Program-made: the position numbers and the translations under genes
IMG/VR virus record: IMGVR_UViG_3300005563_000030
Coordinates: 1-64,000 of that record
Length of the DNA stretch: 64,000 bases
From: a virus
Reading direction: 5' to 3' (one strand)
The notes under the pieces: model-generated
Told to the model about the DNA's origin: nothing
The model's input: the letters and a program-made list of their open reading frames with translations, nothing else
The model's database searches: none
Part shown: piece after piece, positions 1 to 9,311 of the stretch
Position numbering within the stretch: the stretch's first letter is position 1
How the letters are laid out: every line of letters begins with the position of its first letter

Positions 1-129
1 GAAGGCACCGAATGGGGTGAAACCTCACGACAAGCTGAGGAGAAGATGGCAGAGTATATCAAAAAATCAACTATGGATATATATGCTAAAAAAGCCCCGT
101 TAGTAATTATAGCAGAACAAAAATCATGA
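1..129 (+). CDS. 3' end of hypothetical protein (truncated by window edge)
   Basis: Frame 1 is open from base 1 (EGTEWGETSRQAEEKMAEYIKK...) to TGA at 127-129, overlapping the next ATG (ATGA). Confidence 0.6.
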   Translation, partial: EGTEWGETSRQAEEKMAEYIKKSTMDIYAKKAPLVIIAEQKS

Positions 130-395
130 GTAAGATAAACGAACAAGTTGTCATCTTAGGAGATGGTAGACCTATACGTGGTCGTATTACAAAAGTAAGC
201 GATGATGTATTTGGTGGCTATCATCCAAACAGAATCAATGAAGGCTTCGTAACAGAAGGCTATTTTAACAGAAAACCAAAAGTCGGCGAGAACTTCTTTG
301 TAGGTAGTTTCTATACCTCAGTTGTTACTGAGATAATAGATGATAACACATTTAAGACCCGCAATAGTACTTACAAGATCGAGTACCCTATATAA
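126..395 (+). CDS. hypothetical protein (89 aa)
   Basis: ATG coupled to the upstream stop; fits the gene-dense + strand block. Confidence 0.75.
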   Translation: MSKINEQVVILGDGRPIRGRITKVSDDVFGGYHPNRINEGFVTEGYFNRKPKVGENFFVGSFYTSVVTEIIDDNTFKTRNSTYKIEYPI

Positions 396-412
396 CAATC
401 AAACGGAAGAGT

Positions 413-703
413 ATGAATATTTTCATTTTAGAGGAGAAGGCTACACAGGCTAAGATAGTTTTACATAAGCAGTTTGCGGTAATTAAACTTCCAAAAGACC
501 TTCCTGTTGAGGAACGATCTATTATGAGACGTAAGTTTCTGAACTTGATCGAAATCAATCAAAAGGAATGGAACTGGGACGGTGAAAACAATTTCTCTCT
601 GAAAGTTTATTACAAAATTGGTACTCCCTATATCTTTCTTAACAAGAGAGTAGGAAGTAATAAGAGAGAAACTGTAGCTACCTACAACTATAACGATCTT
701 TAA
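413..703 (+). CDS. hypothetical protein (96 aa)
   Basis: ORF followed directly by a terminator-like hairpin. Confidence 0.7.
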   Translation: MNIFILEEKATQAKIVLHKQFAVIKLPKDLPVEERSIMRRKFLNLIEINQKEWNWDGENNFSLKVYYKIGTPYIFLNKRVGSNKRETVATYNYNDL

Positions 704-704
704 C

Positions 705-728
705 AAAAGGGGAATTTCCCCTTTTTTT
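705..728 (+). terminator. intrinsic terminator-like hairpin
   Basis: AAAAGGGGA-ATT-TCCCCTTTT followed by further T's, just after the stop at 703. Confidence 0.65.
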
Positions 729-740
729 AAATCTATCTTT

Positions 741-1259
741 ATGCAAGAAGACAATTTAGTACTAATTATCCTTTCTGGTATTCCCTGTTCAGGGAAAACA
801 ACATGGATTCAACAGAACACTTGGAAGTTGTACAATAAGTACAGTGCTCCTGTAGTAGTGATAAGTAAAGATTTGATAAGAGAGTCTTTGTATAAGTCTA
901 ATTATAATGGAGCTCAACGTACTAAAGTCAAGGAGAATAAGGTGTCTGACATCTTCTATAAGCAACTAGGTCTTGCTGCTTCTTTTCAGAGTGCTGTAAT
1001 CATTATAGATAACACTCATTGTGACGAGTCACGTATTGACCGCTACCTATCAATATTTAAGAATATTCACACAACCAAAAAGATGAAAATCTATGTGAAG
1101 TTCTTTGATATTCCTTTATGGAAAGCGCATTTACGTAATCTTATAAGAAGGCTAAAGACAGGGAAGTGGATTTCATGGCCTAATATGAAAATCCACTACA
1201 ACAGGTATCAAACAATTAATCAGGAAAAGTATAAACATTTATTACCAGATGACTTCTAA
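741..1259 (+). CDS. P-loop kinase, polynucleotide-kinase-like (AAA_33 type)
   Basis: Walker A GIPCSGKT after a hydrophobic strand, plus ISKDLIR and IIIDNT motifs typical of PNK-like kinases. Confidence 0.8.
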   Translation: MQEDNLVLIILSGIPCSGKTTWIQQNTWKLYNKYSAPVVVISKDLIRESLYKSNYNGAQRTKVKENKVSDIFYKQLGLAASFQSAVIIIDNTHCDESRIDRYLSIFKNIHTTKKMKIYVKFFDIPLWKAHLRNLIRRLKTGKWISWPNMKIHYNRYQTINQEKYKHLLPDDF

Positions 1260-1530
1260 AGAATTCACGAAGATTAGCCAATTCTATGGTAAGTATTACA
1301 ACTGTCAGATGAGAGGTCATGTGTGGTTATTTCCTGAAGCAATTAATGAGATGCACACTCCTTCTCTTTCAGCAAAGTCAAGCTCATGGCAAGGAAAAAC
1401 AATCTACCTTAAGCCTGTACGAATGCGGATAGAGGGAGTACATTTTCGCATACAAGATCCAAACAATGGTCTTATAAATATCCACCGAAAGTATGTACAA
1501 GCAGTACTGCTTTATAATTATAACCATTAA
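1249..1530 (+). CDS. hypothetical protein (93 aa)
   Basis: Overlapping start/stop coupling with both neighbours. Confidence 0.65.
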   Translation: MTSKEFTKISQFYGKYYNCQMRGHVWLFPEAINEMHTPSLSAKSSSWQGKTIYLKPVRMRIEGVHFRIQDPNNGLINIHRKYVQAVLLYNYNH

Positions 1531-1763
1531 TGCGAATATTTCAAGTAGATTTTTCAAGGTTAGGAACAACACAAGAATTGTTAAACTGGCTTACCACAGA
1601 AGGAATAAATGGTGGAAAAAACTGTGAGAGATATTGGATAGTAAGAACCAATGTTTCCATTCAGTCACCTCATGAAGACTTAGCTATACGTAACTTGTCA
1701 ATCTTTTTGGATATGGCTCAGAAACATAATTACCAATCAGTATTAATCACAAAAAATGCATAA
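1530..1763 (+). CDS. hypothetical protein (77 aa)
   Basis: TAATG coupling to the upstream gene. Confidence 0.65.
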   Translation: MRIFQVDFSRLGTTQELLNWLTTEGINGGKNCERYWIVRTNVSIQSPHEDLAIRNLSIFLDMAQKHNYQSVLITKNA

Positions 1764-2496
1764 AGTACTATTCAAGTATTATGAGGTGGGTGGAGCTGTA
1801 CGTGACGAGTTAATGGGACAACAATCCAAAGACATTGATTACGTTGCTATTACCGACCTCGATAGATTAACCAAAGGTACCACCATTGAAGATGTGTGGA
1901 ACTTATTTGTACAAGACATTAAATTACGAGGTTTTGAAATATATCTCATTACACCAAGGGTTTATACAATACGAGCTAAGATGCCTGCTGGTGCTATCAC
2001 TGCTGATTTTGTACTAGCTCGTAAGGAAGTGGGATATGAGGAAGGAACTCGCAATCCTATTGTTGTTCCCGGTACATTATATGATGATCTGGAAAGAAGG
2101 GATTTTACAATGAATGCTATTGCAAAAGACCCTACAACAGGTCAGTATATTGACCCGTTTGGTGGACAGAAGGATATTAAGTTGAAGATTTTGAGGACAC
2201 CTATCAATGGTAGTATAACCTTTGAAGATGATCCTCTACGCTTCTTAAGAGCCCTTAGATTCGCCATAACCAAAGGCTTTCAAATTAGTCATGATATTCA
2301 AGTGCTACTACATAGCTTTGATTATGACAAGAAATTTGGTGTTGTATCAGAAGAGAGAATTCGTGAAGAGCTATACAAGTGTTTTAAGCATGATACGCTA
2401 AGAACATTAACTCATCTCAACGAGTTCTTTGCTTTAAAAAACTACGTTTTCAAAAGAACTAACTTGTGGCTCAAACCCACAAATGAAAAACAGTAA
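1756..2496 (+). CDS. cca: class II tRNA nucleotidyltransferase (CCA-adding enzyme / poly(A) polymerase family), compact form
   Basis: Motifs VGGAVRD-x7-DID, DLERRDFTMNAIA, EDDPLRFLRALRF and VSEERIREEL. Confidence 0.9.
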   Translation: MHKVLFKYYEVGGAVRDELMGQQSKDIDYVAITDLDRLTKGTTIEDVWNLFVQDIKLRGFEIYLITPRVYTIRAKMPAGAITADFVLARKEVGYEEGTRNPIVVPGTLYDDLERRDFTMNAIAKDPTTGQYIDPFGGQKDIKLKILRTPINGSITFEDDPLRFLRALRFAITKGFQISHDIQVLLHSFDYDKKFGVVSEERIREELYKCFKHDTLRTLTHLNEFFALKNYVFKRTNLWLKPTNEKQ

Positions 2497-2498
2497 AA

Positions 2499-3500
2499 AT
2501 GGCACTATATCGCGCAGGTGACCACGTAACATTCACCATAATGACTTTTGGTATAAAAGAAGCCAAAGGTCAAATTCTCAGAGTTAGGAAAAATGTTGAC
2601 AACGGAGATAAATATAATAGCTACGACGTTGAAACAATCGGTGTAATTCCTGTTAGAAAATATGTTATTCAGGATAAACATATTCATCCCTTTAAGGTAG
2701 ATGCTATTCCGGGAATAGAAGGTCAGAGATTTAATCTTGAACTGAAAGAGGCGATGTTTGGAAATGCAGGAAATATTATAAATGATCCTAATCCCATTGC
2801 TGGTGTTAAAGACCTTAAGCAGGAAAGAGAAGAAGCTAAAAGAAAAGCTTTGCTTGAGCAGATGGAGAAATTGAAGATGTTAGCCGAACAAAAACCTAAA
2901 CCTAAACCCATAAATAAAGGTATCTGGGGAAGGATAGAGGGAGCTAATTATATACCTCATGTAAATCCATTTGATGATGAGGATAAACCACAAGCTGTAC
3001 CAGCTCCACCTAATCCAGTAGTAAATCTTGAGGATTATAAAACCCCAAAAGGTGTTCTTCCTGAGTATGTCTTAACAATCAATAATCATATTATTCCTGT
3101 ATATGATTATGATAAGGCTAGACCAGAATACGGTATAACAAGTGCTCAGTATGCTGCGGTAGATCATAAGGCTAAGTATTATTATATCTTCAAGACAAAA
3201 GAAGGTAATATCTTAAGCCCTTCTTTCGACGCTATTTCTAAGGAAATACGTTTCAGATGTTCTATCACAGGTCGTTTTTTCGTGAATCAGCATCAAAGAA
3301 TGGGTATTCACGATATGCCTGAACGTTTAAGAGATGCCGCTGACCAACTCTGGATTGAGTTGAATAACTTCAAACTCAACGCCAAGAAGCCTATTGCACA
3401 AAATCCGTATAAACCTAAAAAGAAACTTCGTAGAAAATACGAAGAAATGCCTAAAATCAAAGACGCCAAACATTATGACACAAAAGATTACATTGCCTAA
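2499..3500 (+). CDS. hypothetical protein (333 aa), possible N-terminal SH3/KOW-like barrel
   Basis: Long ORF; N-terminal YRAGDHVTF...GQILRV pattern, central coiled coil and Pro-rich linker. Confidence 0.75.
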   Translation: MALYRAGDHVTFTIMTFGIKEAKGQILRVRKNVDNGDKYNSYDVETIGVIPVRKYVIQDKHIHPFKVDAIPGIEGQRFNLELKEAMFGNAGNIINDPNPIAGVKDLKQEREEAKRKALLEQMEKLKMLAEQKPKPKPINKGIWGRIEGANYIPHVNPFDDEDKPQAVPAPPNPVVNLEDYKTPKGVLPEYVLTINNHIIPVYDYDKARPEYGITSAQYAAVDHKAKYYYIFKTKEGNILSPSFDAISKEIRFRCSITGRFFVNQHQRMGIHDMPERLRDAADQLWIELNNFKLNAKKPIAQNPYKPKKKLRRKYEEMPKIKDAKHYDTKDYIA

Positions 3501-4602
3501 TTTAGGCAAAGGAAATACCATCATCTATGGATGTATCGTAGGTTCACAAGCCTACGGTACAAACGTAGAGGGAAGCGATGTTGACAAAAAATGGGTATAT
3601 GTTCAAAGTGCTGAGAGCTTCTTTGTAAATGGGTATAAACCCCAAATCGAAATAAGCAAAGATGAAGTAGCTTATGAACTCTCTCGGTTTTTGGAACTCG
3701 CTGAGAAAGCCAACCCTACTATCCTTGAGCTTCTTTTCAGTCCCAAAGAGTGTGTTATTTACAAACATCTTGTATTTGAACCAGTTCTAAGGACAAGAAA
3801 AAGCTTTCTCACTAAACAGTGTAAATATTCTTTTGCAGGCTATGCTATTTCTCAAATAGAAAAAGCTAAGGGTTTGGATAAGAAGATAAACTGGGAGTCT
3901 GAGAAGGTAACTCGCAAAACCGTACTTGATTTCTGTTATTTTGTAACAGATTATATTGAAAGGTACGAAGCCAAGTACATTAGTAAGCCCTTAAAAGAAG
4001 CGTTTACACTAAGTCAAATTAGACTAATGGGGCTTGCTGCAATACCACATACGAAAGATCTTTATAATGTCTTTCACGATGCTAAATATCCTTTCAAAGG
4101 AATTGTCCAAGACGAAGAAAATTCTAATGATATTTCTTTGTCAAGCATTCCTCATGATGCTTATTGTGTAGGTATGTTATATTTTAACAAGGATGGCTAT
4201 ACCCAGCATTGTAAAGCTTATAGTGAGTATCAAATGTGGTTAGCAAACCGCAACACTCAACGCTATATGGATATTCAAAACCACGGTCAGAAAATTGACG
4301 GTAAGAATATGCTGCACTGCTTACGCTTGATAGAAACAGCAAAAGATATTGCTGAATTTGGAGAGCTCATTGTACGTAGAGAGAATGCTGAGTATTTAAA
4401 GGATGTTCGTCTAGGTAAATATGACTTAGAAACTCTCCTTGAAACAGCTAAAGGTAAAATAGCAGAACTTGACACGCTATTTGATAATAGCAGTCTTCCT
4501 ACGAAAGTAGTTGAAAAAGAATACATTAAAGATCTTAACGCTACAATTCGTAAAGTTCTACATGTAACAAGACCTGCCGAAGTAATCGAAACAACTAATT
4601 AA
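3475..4602 (+). CDS. Pol-beta-superfamily nucleotidyltransferase (RlaP/Nuc-transf-like)
   Basis: GSQAYGTNVEGSDVD signature, ANPTILELLF, and C-terminal KNMLHCLRL. ATG at 3475 preferred over the ORF-track start at 3394. Confidence 0.85.
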   Translation: MTQKITLPNLGKGNTIIYGCIVGSQAYGTNVEGSDVDKKWVYVQSAESFFVNGYKPQIEISKDEVAYELSRFLELAEKANPTILELLFSPKECVIYKHLVFEPVLRTRKSFLTKQCKYSFAGYAISQIEKAKGLDKKINWESEKVTRKTVLDFCYFVTDYIERYEAKYISKPLKEAFTLSQIRLMGLAAIPHTKDLYNVFHDAKYPFKGIVQDEENSNDISLSSIPHDAYCVGMLYFNKDGYTQHCKAYSEYQMWLANRNTQRYMDIQNHGQKIDGKNMLHCLRLIETAKDIAEFGELIVRRENAEYLKDVRLGKYDLETLLETAKGKIAELDTLFDNSSLPTKVVEKEYIKDLNATIRKVLHVTRPAEVIETTN

Positions 4603-4614
4603 AATCATAATTTT

Positions 4615-4776
4615 ATGACAATTCAACAGACAGCACTACAAGCTTTCATGGAAGATAACGATGATCTAGTTATGCCTGAATTATTCGATGAAGACTTTGA
4701 CGACTTCTTACCAGAAATAGATTGGGAAGAAGATGATTTTGAGTTCGCAGGAAATGACGATTTTTGGTTAATGTAA
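4615..4776 (+). CDS. small highly acidic protein (53 aa), not in the ORF track
   Basis: MTIQQTALQAFMEDNDDLVMPELFDEDFDDFLPEIDWEEDDFEFAGNDDFWLM*; it fills the gap between genes and has an AT-rich leader. Confidence 0.7.
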   Translation: MTIQQTALQAFMEDNDDLVMPELFDEDFDDFLPEIDWEEDDFEFAGNDDFWLM

Positions 4777-4786
4777 ATATTTCTTG

Positions 4787-5215
4787 ATGGTACATGCATT
4801 ATTTCCAGAAGGCATCTATTACATAGGAGACCCCTCTTATGTAATAGATGACTGGAAGGGCTTTTTAAAGAACATGGAAGATGGTAAGAGTGAATATCTC
4901 TTTGTATTCCAAGGAAGGGTAGTTGCTGCTGGATTCAGTAACAGTGGATCTGGTGTATTTGATGGTATTCCTACTGACTCAGATATAATAGCCCTTCTTC
5001 CAATAAATCTTATTAAGCCTGAAAGAGAAGACTTTGGATTAACAATAGGGATGCCTGACCGATTTGAAGTAACCATACAAAATGGATTATTCAATTTTGG
5101 TGATATTACTATTGATACCGAAGAAAAGGATGAGTTCATCGAAAGAGATGATGAAGACGACATACCTGATGACAATTGGTGGGATGAACCTATCAGATTA
5201 GAAAACGAACAATAA
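4787..5215 (+). CDS. acidic hypothetical protein with YYIGDPSY motif
   Basis: ATG at 4787; GDPxY-type motif seen in phage proteins; D/E-rich tail. Confidence 0.75.
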   Translation: MVHALFPEGIYYIGDPSYVIDDWKGFLKNMEDGKSEYLFVFQGRVVAAGFSNSGSGVFDGIPTDSDIIALLPINLIKPEREDFGLTIGMPDRFEVTIQNGLFNFGDITIDTEEKDEFIERDDEDDIPDDNWWDEPIRLENEQ

Positions 5216-5219
5216 CACT

Positions 5220-5498
5220 ATGGCTAAAATCTTAGTAATCAAAGACACGTATTTTATCGACCCTCATGGTACTCCTGATTTTGGTGGGACTAATAAATTC
5301 ATAGCAGAAGAAGGAGATTATGACAGTACTCCTGAAGGTATGTATGAGCAGTATGATGAGAATGTTGAAGAGGAAGATCTTCAAGCAAATGAAGATGGTT
5401 ATAACTCAGAAGCTTATAGATATGAAGTCAAAATCCTTGAGTCTCAACTAGAAATTGACCATGCTGAATTAATAATCGAAGCTTATAACGCACTATAA
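5220..5498 (+). CDS. acidic hypothetical protein (92 aa)
   Basis: E/D-rich ORF coupled to the next gene. Confidence 0.75.
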   Translation: MAKILVIKDTYFIDPHGTPDFGGTNKFIAEEGDYDSTPEGMYEQYDENVEEEDLQANEDGYNSEAYRYEVKILESQLEIDHAELIIEAYNAL

Positions 5499-5995
5499 TG
5501 AAGTATTATTTATTGACATTCAATGAAGATTATGCTGATGAGCATGATGTTCCAGCTCTTGCTTGTTTCAATGAGAAACAATTTAACAAGTGGAAGAAAA
5601 CAGAATCAGGTATTCTAACAAAGAACCTAGAGGAGAAGAAGAAAGCTTATAGAGCCAAACAAAAAGCTTACGACGACTATTGGAAACTATCTACCGCAAA
5701 GCGAGAGAAGGTAAAACAACCTGAATACTATAGTCCTCGCGAGGCGCCCCAAAAACTAAGAGTATCTGGTATACGGGCACATCTTGGTAATAGTGGAGAT
5801 GGATTTGAAGGATCTTTCAGGGATTTATTCCTTATGGAAGAATTTATCAAGAAGGGGTATGTGGAAGTAACAGAAGTAGATGCAAACTTCTATAAGATAT
5901 TTAATAAAGCAAGATTAAGTGATTTATCACTTAGTAATATCTTTGATGAAGATTTTGAAGTCTATGACTACAATGAAGACGAAGAAGATGAATAA
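5498..5995 (+). CDS. hypothetical protein (165 aa) with acidic C-terminal tail
   Basis: TAATG coupling; ends DYNEDEEDE, followed by a terminator. Confidence 0.75.
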   Translation: MKYYLLTFNEDYADEHDVPALACFNEKQFNKWKKTESGILTKNLEEKKKAYRAKQKAYDDYWKLSTAKREKVKQPEYYSPREAPQKLRVSGIRAHLGNSGDGFEGSFRDLFLMEEFIKKGYVEVTEVDANFYKIFNKARLSDLSLSNIFDEDFEVYDYNEDEEDE

Positions 5996-6024
5996 AAAAA
6001 GGGAGCTTTTGCTCCCTTCTTCTT
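5994..6024. terminator. bidirectional intrinsic terminator
   Basis: A-run-GGGAGC-TTTT-GCTCCC-TTCTTCTT between convergent genes. Confidence 0.8.
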
Positions 6025-6523
6025 AACCTTCAATTGTAATCCTTGAAGCTGCTTCGTTAGCCATACCTACGGCTGCTTCAACTTCATCCTTATCTATTTT
6101 CTCACCTGTGAAGGATACGATTTTAGCGTGTTTGGATGGAGCATCTGCATCTACTACTTTACTCTTTACTTCTCGCTTTTCATTCTCTGCTTGGAAATGT
6201 GCATTCAGCTTCTCTGTAAACGCATTAATTTCATCGTCTGGAATTGGATTACCTTCCATATCTTCATACGCTACAGTTACTTTACCTGACTTAAAGCCAC
6301 GCGCAAGTACTTGCTGGAATGCAGTGATTCCGGGGGTAAAGATGTTAAAAAAGTTAAATAATGCGCCTAGTTCTTCACCAGTAATTTCAAACTTTTCAGT
6401 ACTAGACCAATGTGGGACTTGACGAAAAGGTCTCATTTCAGGTGCTTTTGTTTCACTCATTTGTTTTGATTTTTTGTATTTTAATACATTTTGTTTACGT
6501 TCCTTATTCTTCCTTTGTGCCAT
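6023..6523 (-). CDS. hypothetical protein (166 aa), stand-alone reverse-strand unit
   Basis: Has its own consensus promoter upstream and the shared terminator downstream; alternative start at 6460. Confidence 0.75.
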   Translation of the reverse strand: MAQRKNKERKQNVLKYKKSKQMSETKAPEMRPFRQVPHWSSTEKFEITGEELGALFNFFNIFTPGITAFQQVLARGFKSGKVTVAYEDMEGNPIPDDEINAFTEKLNAHFQAENEKREVKSKVVDADAPSKHAKIVSFTGEKIDKDEVEAAVGMANEAASRITIEG

Positions 6524-6538
6524 AGATTAACTATAACA

Positions 6539-6569
6539 CAAAGGTAACACGAATAAATGAAATAACAAA
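6539..6569 (-). promoter_or_regulatory. Bacteroidota-type sigma-A promoter
   Basis: Minus strand TTTG (6569-6566), 19-nt spacer, TACCTTTG (6546-6539). Confidence 0.7.
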
Positions 6570-6607
6570 ATATTTCTCAATTATTTTTTATTATCAGTTT
6601 ATTTATA

Positions 6608-6615
6608 TATTTTTG
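6608..6615 (+). promoter_or_regulatory. -7 element upstream of nrdJ
   Basis: TATTTTTG matches TAnnTTTG, about 24 nt before the ATG; no clear -33 element. Confidence 0.5.
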
Positions 6616-6638
6616 CAAGCTAAATTTTTGAATAATTA

Positions 6639-9263
6639 ATGACTAAAGAACTATTAGATTATTTTAGTGGTGATGAATTATCGGCCTCAGTATGGTATGG
6701 TAAGTACGCCTTAAAGAATGGTAAGAAAGAAGTAGTGGAACGCACTCCACTAGATATGCACATTAGAATGGCTAAAGAATTAGCTAGAGCAGAACAGAAT
6801 TACAAAGAAAAACCTAAGCCTGAACAGTACGAAGCACTTTCAGCATTTGGTAAAAGTACATTCAATCCTATTCCTGTTGATGTTATCCTTTCTTATCTGG
6901 ACAAATTTAAGTATATCATTCCTCAAGGGTCGATTATGTCGGCACTAGGTAATCACTATAAGTTACAAAGCTTATCCAACTGTTTCGTAGTTGAAGAGCC
7001 TCTTGATTCTTATGGTGGTATATTTAAAACAGACCAAGAAATTGCACAGCTTGAAAAAAGACGAGGGGGAGTTGGAACAACCCTTAACAAACTTAGATAT
7101 GATGATGCTCCTGTGCTTAATGCTGCCGGAACTAGTACTGGCGCACATAGCTTCATGGCTAGGTTTTCCAACACGACTAGAGAAGTTGCTCAAAACGGAA
7201 GACGAGGAGCTTTAATGCTTCTAATGAGCATTCTTCATCCAGATGTTAAGAAGTTTATTGTCAAGAAGAAAGACAGAACACAAGTAACTGGTGCAAACAT
7301 CAGTGTACAAATCGTTGATAGCTTCATGAAAGCCGTAGAAAACAACGAAGACTTTGTGTGTCGCTTTCCTATTGATACTCCACAAGCTTATGTAGATGCT
7401 GCCCAGAATGGCTATCCTCTACAATATGATAGGCTCGAAACATTCAAGGCTGACAATCAAGGTGAGTTTTCGCTCTTGAAAGTAAAGGCTAGAGAAATAT
7501 TTGATCTTATTGTAGAAATGGCTTGGGAGAATGCTGAACCGGGTGTAGCCTATATGGATAGAGTTCATGACTATTCTCCAGAAGGTGTTTATGAACAGTT
7601 TAGAGCTATTGCTTCTAATCCATGTGGTGAACAATGGTTAAACCCTAATGACGCTTGTAGACTTCTTGCAAGTAACTTATATAGCTTTGTTGTAAATCCA
7701 TTTACGAAAGATGCGTATGTAGATTATGACAAAGTATATGAAGTGTTTTATATTCAGCAAAGATTAGCGGACGACATCGTTGATCTAGAAATTGAATATG
7801 TAGACAAAATTATCGCTAAAATCAAAAAAGACCCTGAACCAGATGAAGTAAAAGCTGTGGAGCTTAATCTCTGGGAAAAGGTTAAAAAGACAGCTTCTGC
7901 TTCTCGTAGAACTGGTTGTGGATTTACTGCTCTAGGTGATATGTTAGCGGCATTAGGTCTGAAATATGACTCTAATGAAGCTCTCAAAGTTACTGAGAAA
8001 GTAATGAAAACCAAGATGAAGGCTGAGTTAGATTGTACAATTGACTTAGCTATTTTACGTGGTACATTTACTGGATGGGATGTGAGAAAAGAGTACTTAC
8101 ACAGTAAATATGGTAATTCGTTTCATGGAACTAATAATTTTTATGAAATGTTAGTACTGGAATTTACTGAGCAAGTACATAGAATGTGCAAGTATGGAAG
8201 ACGTAACGTAAGTTGGTCTACTGTAGCCCCTACTGGATCAGTAAGCATTGTTGCTATTCTAACTAAATATTCAAACACCTCTGGTGGCCTTGAGCCTGTA
8301 TTTGCTCCTTATTATTTCAGAAACAAGAAGGTTAACCCTTCTGATAAGGGAGCAAGAGTAGACTTTATAGACCAGAATGGAGATGCTTGGATGACTTATC
8401 CTGTAGTAATGGGTGGATTCAAAGAGTGGTATGATATTAATTATCCTAATGGAGCTCAAATTGAAACTCTATCACAGGATCAATTAGAAGTACTATTTAA
8501 AGAATCTCCTTATTATGGAAGTTGTGCGAGTGATATTTCTTGGGAGAAGAGGGTAGAGATTCAGGCGATAATTCAGCGTTATACAACTAACGCCATTAGT
8601 TCAACTTTAAATTTACCAAAAGATGTCTCAAAAGAAACAGTCTCAAACATCTATTTTAAAGCTTGGAAAGCTGGTCTTAAAGGAGTTACCGTATATCGTG
8701 ATGGTTCACGTAGCGGTGTGCTCGTTACCGCTCCTAGCTCTGGGGACACTGAAATTATTTACCGTGATGCTCCAAAGCGTCCTAAGTCTTTGGACGCAGA
8801 ATGTACTATTACACGTGTAAAGGGTGTACCTTATGCTGTAATAATAGGATTCCTAAATGGTAAACCTTATGAAGTGTTTGCACATAGTGATTCACCAAAC
8901 ATCAAAAATTCCAAAGGACAGATTGTAAAATCTAAGAAAGGCGTTTATGATTATGTTGCTGGTGATGAAAGTATTGCAGAAATCCAGTCAAAAGCTTTAC
9001 ATGCGGATGAGCAAATGCTAACACGTCTTGTCTCTGGTATGATGCGTCATGGAGTTAATCCTAAATTCATTATTGAGCAGATTGACAAATGTGAGCTAGA
9101 AATAGTATCATTTGGATCAGCATTAAAACGTGTATTAAAGAAATACATTCCTGAAAAAGAGCTCTTAGCTCGTTACAAATGCTCTGATTGCGGATCTTCT
9201 AATGTAAGATTTGAGGAAGGATGTGCTAAGTGCCAAGACTGTGGCAGTTCCAAGTGTGGTTAA
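6639..9263 (+). CDS. nrdJ: class II (adenosylcobalamin-dependent) ribonucleotide reductase
   Basis: SLSNCFV, SNPCGEQ, TVAPTGS and GLKGVTVYRDGSR motifs; C-terminal CxxC...CxxC...C tail; no adjacent beta subunit. Confidence 0.92.
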   Translation: MTKELLDYFSGDELSASVWYGKYALKNGKKEVVERTPLDMHIRMAKELARAEQNYKEKPKPEQYEALSAFGKSTFNPIPVDVILSYLDKFKYIIPQGSIMSALGNHYKLQSLSNCFVVEEPLDSYGGIFKTDQEIAQLEKRRGGVGTTLNKLRYDDAPVLNAAGTSTGAHSFMARFSNTTREVAQNGRRGALMLLMSILHPDVKKFIVKKKDRTQVTGANISVQIVDSFMKAVENNEDFVCRFPIDTPQAYVDAAQNGYPLQYDRLETFKADNQGEFSLLKVKAREIFDLIVEMAWENAEPGVAYMDRVHDYSPEGVYEQFRAIASNPCGEQWLNPNDACRLLASNLYSFVVNPFTKDAYVDYDKVYEVFYIQQRLADDIVDLEIEYVDKIIAKIKKDPEPDEVKAVELNLWEKVKKTASASRRTGCGFTALGDMLAALGLKYDSNEALKVTEKVMKTKMKAELDCTIDLAILRGTFTGWDVRKEYLHSKYGNSFHGTNNFYEMLVLEFTEQVHRMCKYGRRNVSWSTVAPTGSVSIVAILTKYSNTSGGLEPVFAPYYFRNKKVNPSDKGARVDFIDQNGDAWMTYPVVMGGFKEWYDINYPNGAQIETLSQDQLEVLFKESPYYGSCASDISWEKRVEIQAIIQRYTTNAISSTLNLPKDVSKETVSNIYFKAWKAGLKGVTVYRDGSRSGVLVTAPSSGDTEIIYRDAPKRPKSLDAECTITRVKGVPYAVIIGFLNGKPYEVFAHSDSPNIKNSKGQIVKSKKGVYDYVAGDESIAEIQSKALHADEQMLTRLVSGMMRHGVNPKFIIEQIDKCELEIVSFGSALKRVLKKYIPEKELLARYKCSDCGSSNVRFEEGCAKCQDCGSSKCG

Positions 9264-9295
9264 TTTGGAAATGTGAGAATTATAATGTATATTTA
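9264..9295 (+). promoter_or_regulatory. putative promoter of the HNH gene
   Basis: TTTG-N20-TATATTTA, one mismatch to TAnnTTTG. Confidence 0.45.
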
Positions 9296-9311
9296 CAGAA
9301 ATAATTCTCAC

